Source: Candidatus Shapirobacteria bacterium (lineage in GTDB: Bacteria; Patescibacteriota; Microgenomatia; UBA12405). From it: a stretch of DNA of 64,000 bases. The position numbers were made by a program, and so were the translations under genes. The notes under the pieces were generated by a model that was not told the origin of the DNA, did no database searches, and worked only from the letters and a program-made list of their open reading frames with translations. How positions within the stretch are numbered: the first letter of the stretch is position 1; each line of letters starts with the position of its first letter. The stretch is from the NCBI GenBank assembly GCA_030698565.1, contig JAUYJS010000003.1:12187-76186 (forward strand), given 5' to 3'. Shown here piece by piece: positions 28,679-38,609 of this stretch.

Positions 28679-29039
28679 AATCGATACAAACAGTAGTTTC
28701 TGGTCTAACTGCTAATCTATCGGTATCAATCATTTTGCCGCAATTTTCACAAATTCCATACTTACCCAACTTCATTCTAGTCAAGGCTTTTCTAAATTGG
28801 ACTATTTGGACACTTACAAAGTTAGCTTTAACCTCAGCATCGAAATGTCCTACTTGTTCATCAACGTCTTCTTCTAAAGAATTATTTGTTGTTCGGCTTT
28901 CATCCTTAAACGGATCCGCTTCATTGATGTTTTTTTTAGTTCTTTTTAACTTCACTATTTCCGACTCCAAAAATGTTTTAATCGGCAACAACAGCCGGCT
29001 GGGAAAACTTACTATTTTCATGTCTTTATTCTTGATCAT
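28656..29039 (-). CDS. TraR/DksA C4 zinc-finger protein
   Basis: YGICENCGKMI..DRL...P....CIDC. Confidence 0.9.
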   Translation of the reverse strand: MIKNKDMKIVSFPSRLLLPIKTFLESEIVKLKRTKKNINEADPFKDESRTTNNSLEEDVDEQVGHFDAEVKANFVSVQIVQFRKALTRMKLGKYGICENCGKMIDTDRLAVRPETTVCIDCEKERED

Positions 29040-29707
29040 TATTTTTTTCTCCCTAAAATCTGTAACGGTTCAAATACTTCTCCTAGAATAAACAATCCGA
29101 TCAAAAAAATCAAACTGCCACTTAGGTATAAAATTGGATAGACCATATCTTCTTTGAACCAAAACAATATTAATCCCAATAAAAACATAATAATAAAATT
29201 AGCAAAAAAATAAGCAAAACCCTTTTTTCCGCTTTTATACCACACAAAAGATCGATACTTTTTCTTTACTCGACTAGTTAAAAACCAACCAAAAATTAAA
29301 GCCAGAAATAACGATACTGATTTTAAATCAAAATTACTTTTAAAAACCTCTTCCAAAAAAATCAAAGATATAAATACCATAAAACTATTGATAATATCTT
29401 CAGCTAGTGTCAATAATTTCCAACCTCTTTGATTAGCCACGAGGTAAGAAATAATCAAAAAAACTACATAACCACCAGTAAAACTTATACCAGGTTTTTG
29501 CCAAAAATTAATCCAATCATAATAATTTTCATTCCAAATTCCCCAATTCATTAGGCCAAAAATTAATCTACCACCCAAAAAAAACGCCAACATAGACAAC
29601 CAAGAATAAGATATTAAATCTTCTTCCCTATAATCTTCTCTCAAGTTCCGCCAAGTTAAATAAAGAAAAAGAATTATTCCCAATATTCGAAAAATTCCCA
29701 AAATCAT
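29039..29707 (-). CDS. Divergent Lgt-like membrane protein
   Basis: LGGRLIF, WQKPGISFTGG; near lspA. Confidence 0.55.
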   Translation of the reverse strand: MILGIFRILGIILFLYLTWRNLREDYREEDLISYSWLSMLAFFLGGRLIFGLMNWGIWNENYYDWINFWQKPGISFTGGYVVFLIISYLVANQRGWKLLTLAEDIINSFMVFISLIFLEEVFKSNFDLKSVSLFLALIFGWFLTSRVKKKYRSFVWYKSGKKGFAYFFANFIIMFLLGLILFWFKEDMVYPILYLSGSLIFLIGLFILGEVFEPLQILGRKK

Positions 29708-29749
29708 ATATGTCTATTTTACCAAAGAAAAAAACTTCTATTGTTATTT

Positions 29750-29797
29750 TGTACCGAAGGAGGGAACCTGCCTGCCGGCAGGCAGGTCGAACCCCCA
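29750..29797 (-). repeat. Duplicate of the tRNA-Leu 3' end interrupted by a 20-bp perfect palindrome
   Basis: tgtaccgaaggagggaa[cctgcctgccggcaggcagg 29767-29786]tcgaaccccca versus tgtaccgaaggagggaatcgaaccccca in the tRNA. Confidence 0.9.
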
Positions 29798-29807
29798 TTG
29801 TTCTCTG

Positions 29808-29891
29808 TACCGAAGGAGGGAATCGAACCCCCACAACATTGCTGTCACACGATTTTGAGTCGTGCGCGTCTACCAATTCCGCCACTCCGGC
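29808..29891 (-). tRNA. tRNA-Leu(CAA)
   Basis: GCCGGAG/CTTCGGT acceptor, cacga-ctCAAaa-tcgtg anticodon arm, long variable arm, GGTTCGATTCC. Confidence 0.93.
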
Positions 29892-29904
29892 ATTTTAAAA
29901 GAAC

Positions 29905-29974
29905 TACAATTCCGCTTTTACCCTACCGAAGTTTTGCATTGCAAAACGTAGGTGGGCACTCCGGCATTTTAAAA
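29905..29974 (-). repeat. Duplicate of the tRNA-Leu 5' end and leader interrupted by a 41-nt hairpin element
   Basis: tacaattccgc[ttttaccctaccgaagttttgcattgcaaaacgtaggtggg]cactccggcattttaaaa versus taccaattccgccactccggcattttaaaa. Confidence 0.85.
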
Positions 29975-29995
29975 AACTTTGTTATTATCTCATTC

Positions 29996-31303
29996 CTACC
30001 CCTTCTTTTCCACATCAAAAAAGCTGACTTGTTTGCCATTAAAATACAAATTAAAATTTCCTACCGGACCATTTCTATGTTTTTCAATACTACAAGCCAC
30101 CATTTCCCGAACTTCTTCATCTTCCCGATATAAAAACATAACCACATCGGCATCCTGTTCAATACTGCCAGACTCTCTCAAATCCGACAGTCTTGGTTTA
30201 CCTCCCCTAGCCTCCATCGCCCGGGATAATTGTGCCAATGCTAAAACTGGAATCTTTAATTCTCTGGCTAAATTTTTTAAACCTTGAGAAATTTCTGAAA
30301 CTTCCTGTACCCGATTATCTCGTGTACTTCCATGCATTAACTGCAAATAATCCACTACTATAAATTTAATATCCTTATCCGCCTGCAATCTTCTAGCCTT
30401 AGTTCTCAGTTCTGTCACAGTCAAACCCGGAGTATCATCAATATACAAAGGCGCTTCGGCCAATATTCCCATAGCTTCGGATAAAGAATTAAAGTCATCA
30501 TCAGATAATTGTCCGGTTTTTAATTTCCATGCATCAATCAAACCTTGCCGGACCAAAAGTCTATCTACTAATTCCTCTTTGCTCATTTCCAAAGAAAAAA
30601 TGCATGTCGGAATTTTGTTTTCTACAGCAACATAACGGGCGATATTCAAACAGAAAGCGGTCTTACCCACACCTGGTCTAGCTGCCAAAATTATTAAATT
30701 GCTGTCCTGCATTCCAGCCAGCGTTCTATCTAACGCCGAAAAACCCGTCGCCACACCCCTAAGTCCAGTTCCCATCTTTTGCAGCTCATCTAATCTATCA
30801 AAACTAGCTGTCAAAACTTCTTTGAGCGAAGTCGGAACTGACTTTAAATGCTTTTGGGATAAAGTAAAAATTTCCTGTTCGGCTGCATCCAAAAGTTCAT
30901 CCGAAGGTAAACTATCATCAAAAGCTTTTTCAGTAATTCTGGCCGCTGCTGAAATTAACTCTCTTTTAGCTGATAAAGCTTTTATAATTCGTCCATAACT
31001 TTCCACATTCGCCGCTGTCGGTACATCGTTTGCTAATCTAGCCAAAAACGCTTTACCTCCGATTCGTTTTAATACCTTTAATTCTTTAAGTTTCTCTGAC
31101 ATCGTCACAATATCAATCGGCATTCTGTTTTCATACAGAAGCATCATTGCCTCATAAATTTTACCCAAATTATCATTATAAAATTGTTCTGGTCTCAAAA
31201 ATTCAGATACCGCCAACACCGCATCGTTATCGATTAAAATAGAACCCAAAACGCTCACTTCTGCTTGTTCAGAACTGGGCGGTAATTTCATTACATCTGC
31301 CAT
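29996..31303 (-). CDS. dnaB: Replicative DNA helicase
   Basis: AARPGVGKT, FSLEMS, VDYLQL, SDLRESGSIEQDAD. Confidence 0.96.
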   Translation of the reverse strand: MADVMKLPPSSEQAEVSVLGSILIDNDAVLAVSEFLRPEQFYNDNLGKIYEAMMLLYENRMPIDIVTMSEKLKELKVLKRIGGKAFLARLANDVPTAANVESYGRIIKALSAKRELISAAARITEKAFDDSLPSDELLDAAEQEIFTLSQKHLKSVPTSLKEVLTASFDRLDELQKMGTGLRGVATGFSALDRTLAGMQDSNLIILAARPGVGKTAFCLNIARYVAVENKIPTCIFSLEMSKEELVDRLLVRQGLIDAWKLKTGQLSDDDFNSLSEAMGILAEAPLYIDDTPGLTVTELRTKARRLQADKDIKFIVVDYLQLMHGSTRDNRVQEVSEISQGLKNLARELKIPVLALAQLSRAMEARGGKPRLSDLRESGSIEQDADVVMFLYREDEEVREMVACSIEKHRNGPVGNFNLYFNGKQVSFFDVEKKG

Positions 31304-31308
31304 ATATA

Positions 31309-31887
31309 TTATATATTTTTTAACAGAACGACTTCCATTCCATCAGGTAAATTATCTTTTTCTATTTTAAGACTTTCAATTGGTTCTAAACTTTCCTGAT
31401 CAGTTATATCCAAGAATTTTGTTAAATCTTCTTTTTCATTATCATAACCCATAGGTAAAAGATAATTAACCCCCCACTTTTTAGCCCATTCCAACAGTAA
31501 CTTTCCACCAACTTTATCATTCTTTTTTATAGAAGTTATCAACACATCTCCCGCATTAACTCTATCCACTTTTTTATCAGTTAAAGCTTCTTTTAAATCT
31601 CCCATAACACAGACTGTAATTCCATCCATATTTACGACATAAACCGGCTCTCCACCACCACCGTTTATTCCTAAAACCTCTACTCCCCCAACTTCATATT
31701 CTCCTGGACCTCTTATAATTACCTTTTCATTATCCAAACCCAACTCATCAAAACTTTCATCAGTAAAAATGATAACCCTTGATTGATATTTATTAGTATT
31801 TAACAACTCTTTGCTTGGATTAATTAGAATATTTTCCTTTTTTCCCTTTAAAAATATTGTTTGGTCGCCTATTTTTCTTATTTCCAT
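31309..31887 (-). CDS. Degenerate MBL-fold protein
   Basis: GPGEYEVGGV, CVMGDL, LPMGY; metal-binding His residues absent. Confidence 0.65.
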   Translation of the reverse strand: MEIRKIGDQTIFLKGKKENILINPSKELLNTNKYQSRVIIFTDESFDELGLDNEKVIIRGPGEYEVGGVEVLGINGGGGEPVYVVNMDGITVCVMGDLKEALTDKKVDRVNAGDVLITSIKKNDKVGGKLLLEWAKKWGVNYLLPMGYDNEKEDLTKFLDITDQESLEPIESLKIEKDNLPDGMEVVLLKNI

Positions 31888-31942
31888 ATATCCTCATTTT
31901 ATCACTCAATTTGGCAAATTTGTGGTATGATCTAGGATAGAA

Positions 31943-32419
31943 ATGATCAAGGAACTGCTTTTAGCCATCGCTTTAGGAGCCTTTTTGGGCTTTGGTATTA
32001 CTGGAGGTTTTTTTGCGTTAAATAAAAATAAAACCACAACCGTAGCCTATAGTGAATTAATCAGTCCAACTCCAATACAAGAGCAATCAAATACCACAAC
32101 CAACAATACTATCAATGCGACTGATTCAACCTTAAAAAATACTACAAGTAATTCATTAATTACAATTACTTCTCCCGAAAATCAATCTGTAGTTACTAAT
32201 TCCAAAGTTACTATCAACGGCTCTGTTACTCCAAAAAGCATTGTTATTATTAGTACTACTAGAAAAGATTACAACACAATCGCTAATGATAATGGTGAAT
32301 TTAGTCAAGACATCGAGTTAGATAGTGGTGCTAATTTAATTAATATTTCCTCTGTTGACTCTCAGGATAATCAAGCTGAAACCAAAATTCTTATTACTTA
32401 TTCCACTGCAAAAATTTAA
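31943..32419 (+). CDS. Membrane-anchored Ig-like domain protein
   Basis: N-terminal TM, Thr-rich linker, ITSPEN...GEFS..IEL..GAN.I. Confidence 0.65.
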   Translation: MIKELLLAIALGAFLGFGITGGFFALNKNKTTTVAYSELISPTPIQEQSNTTTNNTINATDSTLKNTTSNSLITITSPENQSVVTNSKVTINGSVTPKSIVIISTTRKDYNTIANDNGEFSQDIELDSGANLINISSVDSQDNQAETKILITYSTAKI

Positions 32420-33136
32420 ATGATTATATTTCTTTTATTTTTGTTTTCCTTACTAACTCCTCCTCAAATTTTAGCAGTTGAACCAACAGCTGAACCCACA
32501 AAAACAACTAATGTGGATGAAATTAAAAAAATTAGAGAAGCCGTTCAAAAAAAGGTCCAAGAAAAACTTCAACAAATAGTAACCCCTTCCCAATCAGTTA
32601 AATCATCAATTGGCACTATAACCGACATAAAAGATAATCAAATTAGTTTGGAATACCAAAATTCTCCACAGCAAATTTTAGTTTCTGATGAAACAATTTA
32701 TATTGATACTAAAAGAAATAAAACAAAACTCGAAAATTTAAAAGCTGGCCAAGAAATTCTTGCTCTTGGTTATGTCAATACCGAAAATATTTTAGAAACC
32801 AAGAGAATAGTTTTTACTGATCTAAAAACTCTAGACAATAAAAAACAAGTGGTTATAGGCAAAATTGTAGACATCTCAACTTTATATTCCACCACCCCTA
32901 TTTTTACTTTAATTTCTATTAATGATAAAAATAACCAATACCAAATTAAAACAGATCAAAATACCCAAATTGAAGATAAAAGTGGTCAAAAAATAAAAAA
33001 ATTAGCATCTGGTCAAAAAATAATAGTGATTCTACAGCCAGACAAAAAAGTAAACAATACATTTTACGCTTCAAAAATCATTCAACTAGATACAGAGACT
33101 CCTTCCCCTACACCAACAAAAAAAGAAAATAATTAG
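32420..33136 (+). CDS. Secreted protein with two OB-fold-like (DUF5666-like) repeats
   Basis: Signal peptide; repeated G.I..I...T.......L..GQ.I pattern. Confidence 0.6.
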   Translation: MIIFLLFLFSLLTPPQILAVEPTAEPTKTTNVDEIKKIREAVQKKVQEKLQQIVTPSQSVKSSIGTITDIKDNQISLEYQNSPQQILVSDETIYIDTKRNKTKLENLKAGQEILALGYVNTENILETKRIVFTDLKTLDNKKQVVIGKIVDISTLYSTTPIFTLISINDKNNQYQIKTDQNTQIEDKSGQKIKKLASGQKIIVILQPDKKVNNTFYASKIIQLDTETPSPTPTKKENN

Positions 33137-33160
33137 TATAATATTGTGCCCTTAATACTT

Positions 33161-33238
33161 GGTGGTATTAGCTCAATTGGTTAGAGCGCAGCTCTGTGAA
33201 AGCTGAGGTTGCCGGTTCAAGTCCGGTATACCACCCCA
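33161..33238 (+). tRNA. tRNA-His(GTG)
   Basis: G-1, GTGGTAT/ATACCAC acceptor, C73, encoded CCA, cagct-ctGTGaa-agctg. Confidence 0.93.
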
Positions 33239-33315
33239 GACCGGATACCCTTATCCAGAAACGAAGAAATTGATTGATATATAGGATTAATAGTGTGGTT
33301 CAATGATAGATCGGG

Positions 33316-34389
33316 TTAATATTTATTTATTATTTTTTTGTATCGTGTCGTTGATCCTTGACCAATCCGTTCTATCATCTTTAATTCCAACAGCTTATTT
33401 ATCACCTGATTAATAGTCGGTCTGGGTACACCTGTTTTCTGCGATATTTCTCTCGGTGTAGTTTGGTCAACATTTTTCATATAATTCCACACGATAAGTT
33501 GTTGTGGCGAAAGTATTGTTTCAATGTTTGTTTGAGTAAGTAATTGAATGGCCATTTGAGATTGTGTCAGTAATATATCTAAAAAGAAATTAACCCAAGG
33601 TGACATATCAATGTGTTTAGTTCTTAAAGTCTTTTGACTTTTACGAAGGGCTAAATAATATTCTGGTTTATTATCTTCAATCAACTTTTCGTGTGATACA
33701 TAAGGCATATAGGCATAACCAAACTTAAGTAATAGAAGATTGGTTAATATTCTTGATAATCTGCCGTTTCCATCCTCAAACGGATGGATATTGAGAAATT
33801 CGACAAGAAAATTAGCGATCACTAGAAGTGGATGATATTTATTTTGTTCTAAGGCATTTTTAGTCCAATCTACAAGTTCAGACATTTCCTTGGGTGTTAA
33901 AAAGGCCTTGGTGGTTTCAAAAAGAACCTCGATTGGTTTACCTTTATCATCTATCATTACTACTGTATTTTCTTTTTTCTTATATTCACCCCGATGTAAG
34001 ACATCTTTTCCAACATATTTTAATAACTCTTTATGAAAATGTTTAATGATATTTTCATTAAATACCAATGACTCCCAAGAATTAAAGACATTTTGAAGTA
34101 ACTCATAATAACCCTGAACTTCCTGTTCATCTCGATTACTAAATTTTTGAATAGATATACCCCGAATCATTTTTTCAATCTCTTCATCAGACAATTTTGA
34201 TCCTTCAATACGAGTGGAAGCCCCAGTTGAAGTGACTAATACTGATTGTTTTAATCGACCTAAAATTTGAGGACTAAGTTTAGTACTCCCTTCCCAGTTT
34301 CCCTTAATAGACTCAATTTGGGTAATTTTTAACCAAATGTCAGAAGAAATATTTTCTAATCGAAAATCGAATTTATTATTCATATACAT
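33316..34389 (-). CDS. Fic family protein with C-terminal wHTH
   Basis: HPFEDGNGRLSR; STRIEGS. Confidence 0.92.
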   Translation of the reverse strand: MYMNNKFDFRLENISSDIWLKITQIESIKGNWEGSTKLSPQILGRLKQSVLVTSTGASTRIEGSKLSDEEIEKMIRGISIQKFSNRDEQEVQGYYELLQNVFNSWESLVFNENIIKHFHKELLKYVGKDVLHRGEYKKKENTVVMIDDKGKPIEVLFETTKAFLTPKEMSELVDWTKNALEQNKYHPLLVIANFLVEFLNIHPFEDGNGRLSRILTNLLLLKFGYAYMPYVSHEKLIEDNKPEYYLALRKSQKTLRTKHIDMSPWVNFFLDILLTQSQMAIQLLTQTNIETILSPQQLIVWNYMKNVDQTTPREISQKTGVPRPTINQVINKLLELKMIERIGQGSTTRYKKIINKY

Positions 34390-34440
34390 AAGATTATATA
34401 AGGTTATATAAGATCTGTCAAGAACCTATACCTCTCATGT

Positions 34441-35262
34441 TTAAAAGAGAGTATTAATTAGAAGCGGTTCAAACTGAGAACGGTCTCTTACCCCCAAAAT
34501 AATTTGAGACACTTCTTTCGCCTCTCCAAGTTTAACCATGCTTTCTTCACTCCCAAAATATCCTTCTCCCCCAATAGCTGGTTCCATACAGCAATAATTC
34601 AAATCATAAATTCCATTATTACTAGCAGCCCAGAACCTGGCGTTCGATAGCCCATTTTGTTTTAACAAAATTTTTCCTAGTCCTGGAATTTCAATTTCAT
34701 TCTCTTCCCTAATTCCTCCATTAATAAAAGTATCTTTCTTAATTAAATCAGCCACAGTTTTTCCGTTCCATTTTACATTTTCCCAACCTTCTGGTGTATT
34801 CCAATAATTATGAATAGCCACATTAACCAGTGCTTCATGGTCTCCTGTATTCTCTACTCTTACTTTCTGTTCAAAATAATTACCAAGAAAAAAAATTTGT
34901 ACTATTTTTAAACTCGTCGGGTACGATCCCATACCCTCACCGCCTTTTTCTAAGATACAACTAATTTTGATAAAATCAGTTCCTATATCTTCGACTTTCC
35001 ATTCCATTTTCCTACATGGACCGTGAGCCACTAAGCCATATTCTCCGCCCTCAATACTAAAATTAGGACAACAAACATGAGTACTCCCTTCTTTTCCATC
35101 TGCTCTTAAAAAAATTCCTAATATTTTTTTATCGTCTAATTTTAATTCCCTAATTCTCCCCCCATTCAAATCAATCTCTAATTGATTTTTACCACCCTCA
35201 CTTTCTATTTTTATTATATTTTTTGTATCAACTTTTTTAATTAAATTTGAATTTTCAATCAT
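34441..35262 (-). CDS. Aldose 1-epimerase family protein
   Basis: PNF...HG..R, HNYW, CMEP. Confidence 0.75.
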   Translation of the reverse strand: MIENSNLIKKVDTKNIIKIESEGGKNQLEIDLNGGRIRELKLDDKKILGIFLRADGKEGSTHVCCPNFSIEGGEYGLVAHGPCRKMEWKVEDIGTDFIKISCILEKGGEGMGSYPTSLKIVQIFFLGNYFEQKVRVENTGDHEALVNVAIHNYWNTPEGWENVKWNGKTVADLIKKDTFINGGIREENEIEIPGLGKILLKQNGLSNARFWAASNNGIYDLNYCCMEPAIGGEGYFGSEESMVKLGEAKEVSQIILGVRDRSQFEPLLINTLF

Positions 35263-35333
35263 AACAATTTATAGCACAACTATCTGTTTTTAAAATATAT
35301 TCTATAAAAATTTATAAATGTTAAAATCTAACT

Positions 35334-36581
35334 ATGAATTCAACTAAAATTAAGCCTCAAACCCTCAAAGGCTTCCGTGATTTTTTACCGGAAACTATGA
35401 TTGTCAGAAATTATGTCAAAAATATTTTAATAGAAGTTTTTGAAACTTTTGGTTTTCAACCAGTTGAGACTCCCACATTAGAATATGCCAGTACATTAAT
35501 GGGTAAATACGGCGAAGAAGCCGATAAGCTAGTTTATTCTTTTAAGGACGCCGGAGATCGACAAGTCGGTCTTAGATACGATTTAACTGTTCCCACTGCA
35601 AAAGTTTTATCCATTTATCAAAATCAAATTTCACTACCTTTTAAGCGTTATCAAATACAACCAGTGTATCGAGCCGATAAACCTCAAAGGGGTCGTTACC
35701 GCGAATTCCTTCAATGCGATGTTGATATTTTTGGACCAGAATCCCCTATTAATGATGCCGAAATAATTGCCCTCACTTATACCATTTTAGAAAAATTAAA
35801 TTTCAAAAAATATTCCATTAGAATAAATAGCCGCCAAGTTCTTTATCAAATTTTAGACAATGCCGGTATTAAAAATAACCAAAAATCTGCTTTGCAAAGT
35901 CTCGATAAATACCAAAAAATTGGCGAAGATGGAGTAAAAAATGATCTCATATCTAAAGATATCGATTCTACTAAAATCGATAAATTATTTGACTATATCA
36001 AAAAGGCTCAGCCAGATGATTATTTAAAATCAGTTTTTGAAAAAATTAAAGAATTTGGAGTCCCAAAATCGGCTTATATTTTTGATCCAACCATGATTCG
36101 AGGTCTGGATTATTACACCAGTACTATTTTTGAAACTTACGTCACTGAACCAAAAATGGGTTCTATTACTGGTGGTGGTCGTTATGACAATTTAATTAGT
36201 TCCCTGGGTGGTCCTCAAACTCCAGCCGTTGGTACAACAATCGGTCTAGATAGAATTGTTGATTGTATTTTAGAACTTAATTTATTACCTGAGTTAAACA
36301 AAACTACTACCAAAGTTTTGGTTGCTAATTTTGGAGTGGAAACCGAAAAAGAATCAATTAATCTTTTAAATCAACTCCGCAACAACGATATTGCCTCTAC
36401 TTTTTATCCTACTCCAGACAAAATCGGTAAACAAATTAAATACGCTGATTCTTTGAGTATTCCTTATGTTGCCATGATCGGTACTGACGAGATTAAAAAT
36501 AGTTTAATTACTCTAAAAAATCTTAAAACTACGGAACAAAAATTAATCTCGCTAGAAGAATTATTAAAATTTCTGCTATAA
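35334..36581 (+). CDS. hisS: Histidine--tRNA ligase
   Basis: [37 protein letters not shown]. Confidence 0.96.
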   Translation: MNSTKIKPQTLKGFRDFLPETMIVRNYVKNILIEVFETFGFQPVETPTLEYASTLMGKYGEEADKLVYSFKDAGDRQVGLRYDLTVPTAKVLSIYQNQISLPFKRYQIQPVYRADKPQRGRYREFLQCDVDIFGPESPINDAEIIALTYTILEKLNFKKYSIRINSRQVLYQILDNAGIKNNQKSALQSLDKYQKIGEDGVKNDLISKDIDSTKIDKLFDYIKKAQPDDYLKSVFEKIKEFGVPKSAYIFDPTMIRGLDYYTSTIFETYVTEPKMGSITGGGRYDNLISSLGGPQTPAVGTTIGLDRIVDCILELNLLPELNKTTTKVLVANFGVETEKESINLLNQLRNNDIASTFYPTPDKIGKQIKYADSLSIPYVAMIGTDEIKNSLITLKNLKTTEQKLISLEELLKFLL

Positions 36582-36589
36582 TATCCCCT

Positions 36590-36832
36590 ATGAAACAAGG
36601 AATTCATCCAAAATATTTTGATAATTGTCAAGTCACCTGCACTTGTGGTAATACTTTTACCACTGGGTCAACAATTGAAAAAATAGAAGTTGATGTCTGC
36701 TCTCAATGCCATCCTTTCTTTACTGGACAACAAAAATTTGTCGATATCAAAGGTAGAATTGATAAATTTAATGAAAAATTAGCCAAAGGTAAAGTCTACG
36801 CCGCGGCTAAAAAAACAAAAAAATCTAATTAG
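36590..36832 (+). CDS. rpmE: 50S ribosomal protein L31 (Zn-binding type)
   Basis: [23 protein letters not shown]. Confidence 0.96.
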   Translation: MKQGIHPKYFDNCQVTCTCGNTFTTGSTIEKIEVDVCSQCHPFFTGQQKFVDIKGRIDKFNEKLAKGKVYAAAKKTKKSN

Positions 36833-36843
36833 CTACTAAACAC

Positions 36844-36879
36844 GTCATTGCGATCTCGATTTATCGAGAGAAGCAATCT
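36844..36879 (+). repeat. CGTC-type palindromic element
   Basis: gtcattgcgatctcgatttatcgagagaagcaatct. Confidence 0.7.
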
Positions 36880-36883
36880 CTCT

Positions 36884-37609
36884 ATGCCAACACTCAACCC
36901 TAACATCGCTATTCTCGAATTTTATCCCGGTCCCGGTGGCCAAGAGGCCACTATTTGGGCTGGTGATCTAATAAATATGTATACCCGCTATGCTACTAAA
37001 GTCGGCTGGAAAGTAAGTTTAATTGATGAACATATTATGAAAATAACCGGGTTTGATGTTTTCAATCAGTTAAAACATGAAACCGGTACTCATCGGGTCC
37101 AAAGAATCCCTATAACCGAAAAACGCGGCCGAATTCAAACTTCCACCGCTTCTATTGCCATCATGCCTCAAATCGATTCCAAAGAAGTTAATTTTAGGAT
37201 GGAAGATGTTACCATCACTGCTTGTCGAGCTGGTGGCAATGGCGGCCAAAATGTTAATAAGGTTTCTACTGCCGTTCACTTAGTTCATAAACCAACTGGT
37301 TTAATGTTTGATGTTAGAACCGAACGTTCCCAGCAACAAAATCGAGAAATTGCCATTGATCTTCTTAAGAATAAACTTTGGCAAATAGAAGAAGAAAAGC
37401 GCCAATCCGAAGTCTCTTCTGGTCGTTCCAATATTAGTCAATCAACCCGCGCCGACAAAATCCGTACTTACAATTATCCCAGAAATCAGGTCAAAGACCA
37501 CCGCATTGACGTATCATTCAACAATTTAGATAAAATCATGCAAGGCGAGTTAGATGATCTTTTATTAGAATTAACTATTCTCCCTTCTCCATCTTCACAC
37601 TCAAACTAA
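36884..37609 (+). CDS. prfA: Peptide chain release factor 1-like protein lacking the N-terminal domain
   Basis: [10 protein letters not shown] (PxT), [15 protein letters not shown]...DHR; downstream of rpmE. Confidence 0.85.
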   Translation: MPTLNPNIAILEFYPGPGGQEATIWAGDLINMYTRYATKVGWKVSLIDEHIMKITGFDVFNQLKHETGTHRVQRIPITEKRGRIQTSTASIAIMPQIDSKEVNFRMEDVTITACRAGGNGGQNVNKVSTAVHLVHKPTGLMFDVRTERSQQQNREIAIDLLKNKLWQIEEEKRQSEVSSGRSNISQSTRADKIRTYNYPRNQVKDHRIDVSFNNLDKIMQGELDDLLLELTILPSPSSHSN

Positions 37610-38609
37610 TTTCCTGTTTATTTCTCCAAACTTTAAAGTTCACGTCGTCTCCTATTTTCATTTTATTTATGAATGCGACCAACGAACCATCTTTTTCATC
37701 ACTTATTTTTTTATCATTTATTTCAGTAATAATATCATCCATCTTAATGCCACCTTTATCAGCTGAGCTGCCAGATACCACATTCTGAACATATGCTCCC
37801 TGTGGCACATCGTTCAACAAAGCTGCTTGTTTAGAAATTAATTTATAAGCTACCCCCAAAAACGCCCTATCAAATTCCCCTGTCGTCTTAAAATTATCAA
37901 TTGATTCTTTAACCAAGCTAATCGGCAAGGCAAAACCAATATTCTGACCACTTTGAGACGTGGCCACATTTACCCCGATTACGTTTCCGGAAGAATCCAA
38001 CAATGGTCCACCTGAATTACCGGGATTTATAGCCGCATCAGTCTGAATTACATTATCTAGTTTTTCTAATCCTTCGATCGGTGAACCAGCTTCTATTCCA
38101 CGACCCAAGCCCGATATCACCCCAGTGGTCACTGTTGACCTAAATTCTCCCAATGCTGTTCCAATAGCAATTACTGTTTGCCCTACTTTTAATTTATCGG
38201 AATTACCTAGTTTTATTGGAGTTAAATTATTTTTGTTTACTTTTAATATGGCTAAATCAGCCACAGGGTCACGGTAAATTGCCTCGACATTTTCCACGTC
38301 ATCTTTACCAATTACCACTTTATATTTTGCCGTTGTATCAACCACCACATGCTTATTGGTTACAATCAACCCATCAGCGCTAATAATAAACCCAGTACCA
38401 ATATCCTGTTCAATTTTTTGAGTGCTATCACTAAATGTGTTTGATTTGCTTATTGATACTGTAACTACACTAGACGAAGCCTGTTCTACTACTCTTGTTA
38501 TAACCGTTTCTTCATTTACTACTACTTCCTTATTAGGTATTCTCATTACCACCCCAGTCGACACCACTATTATCATCCCCAAGAACAGACCTATTAAAAG
38601 ATTCTTCAT
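37575..38609 (-). CDS. HtrA/DegP serine protease with PDZ
   Basis: [24 protein letters not shown]. Confidence 0.93.
   Translation of the reverse strand: MKNLLIGLFLGMIIVVSTGVVMRIPNKEVVVNEETVITRVVEQASSSVVTVSISKSNTFSDSTQKIEQDIGTGFIISADGLIVTNKHVVVDTTAKYKVVIGKDDVENVEAIYRDPVADLAILKVNKNNLTPIKLGNSDKLKVGQTVIAIGTALGEFRSTVTTGVISGLGRGIEAGSPIEGLEKLDNVIQTDAAINPGNSGGPLLDSSGNVIGVNVATSQSGQNIGFALPISLVKESIDNFKTTGEFDRAFLGVAYKLISKQAALLNDVPQGAYVQNVVSGSSADKGGIKMDDIITEINDKKISDEKDGSLVAFINKMKIGDDVNFKVWRNKQEISLSVKMEKGE

Noticed and set aside
29628-30287. ORFs 29628-29885, 29710-29898, 29741-30133 and 29979-30287
   Set aside because: They overlap tRNA-Leu, its repeats or the dnaB antisense strand; spurious
36848-36883. 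TTG-started N-terminal extension of prfA
   Set aside because: It is just the translated palindrome; ATG 36884 is more plausible
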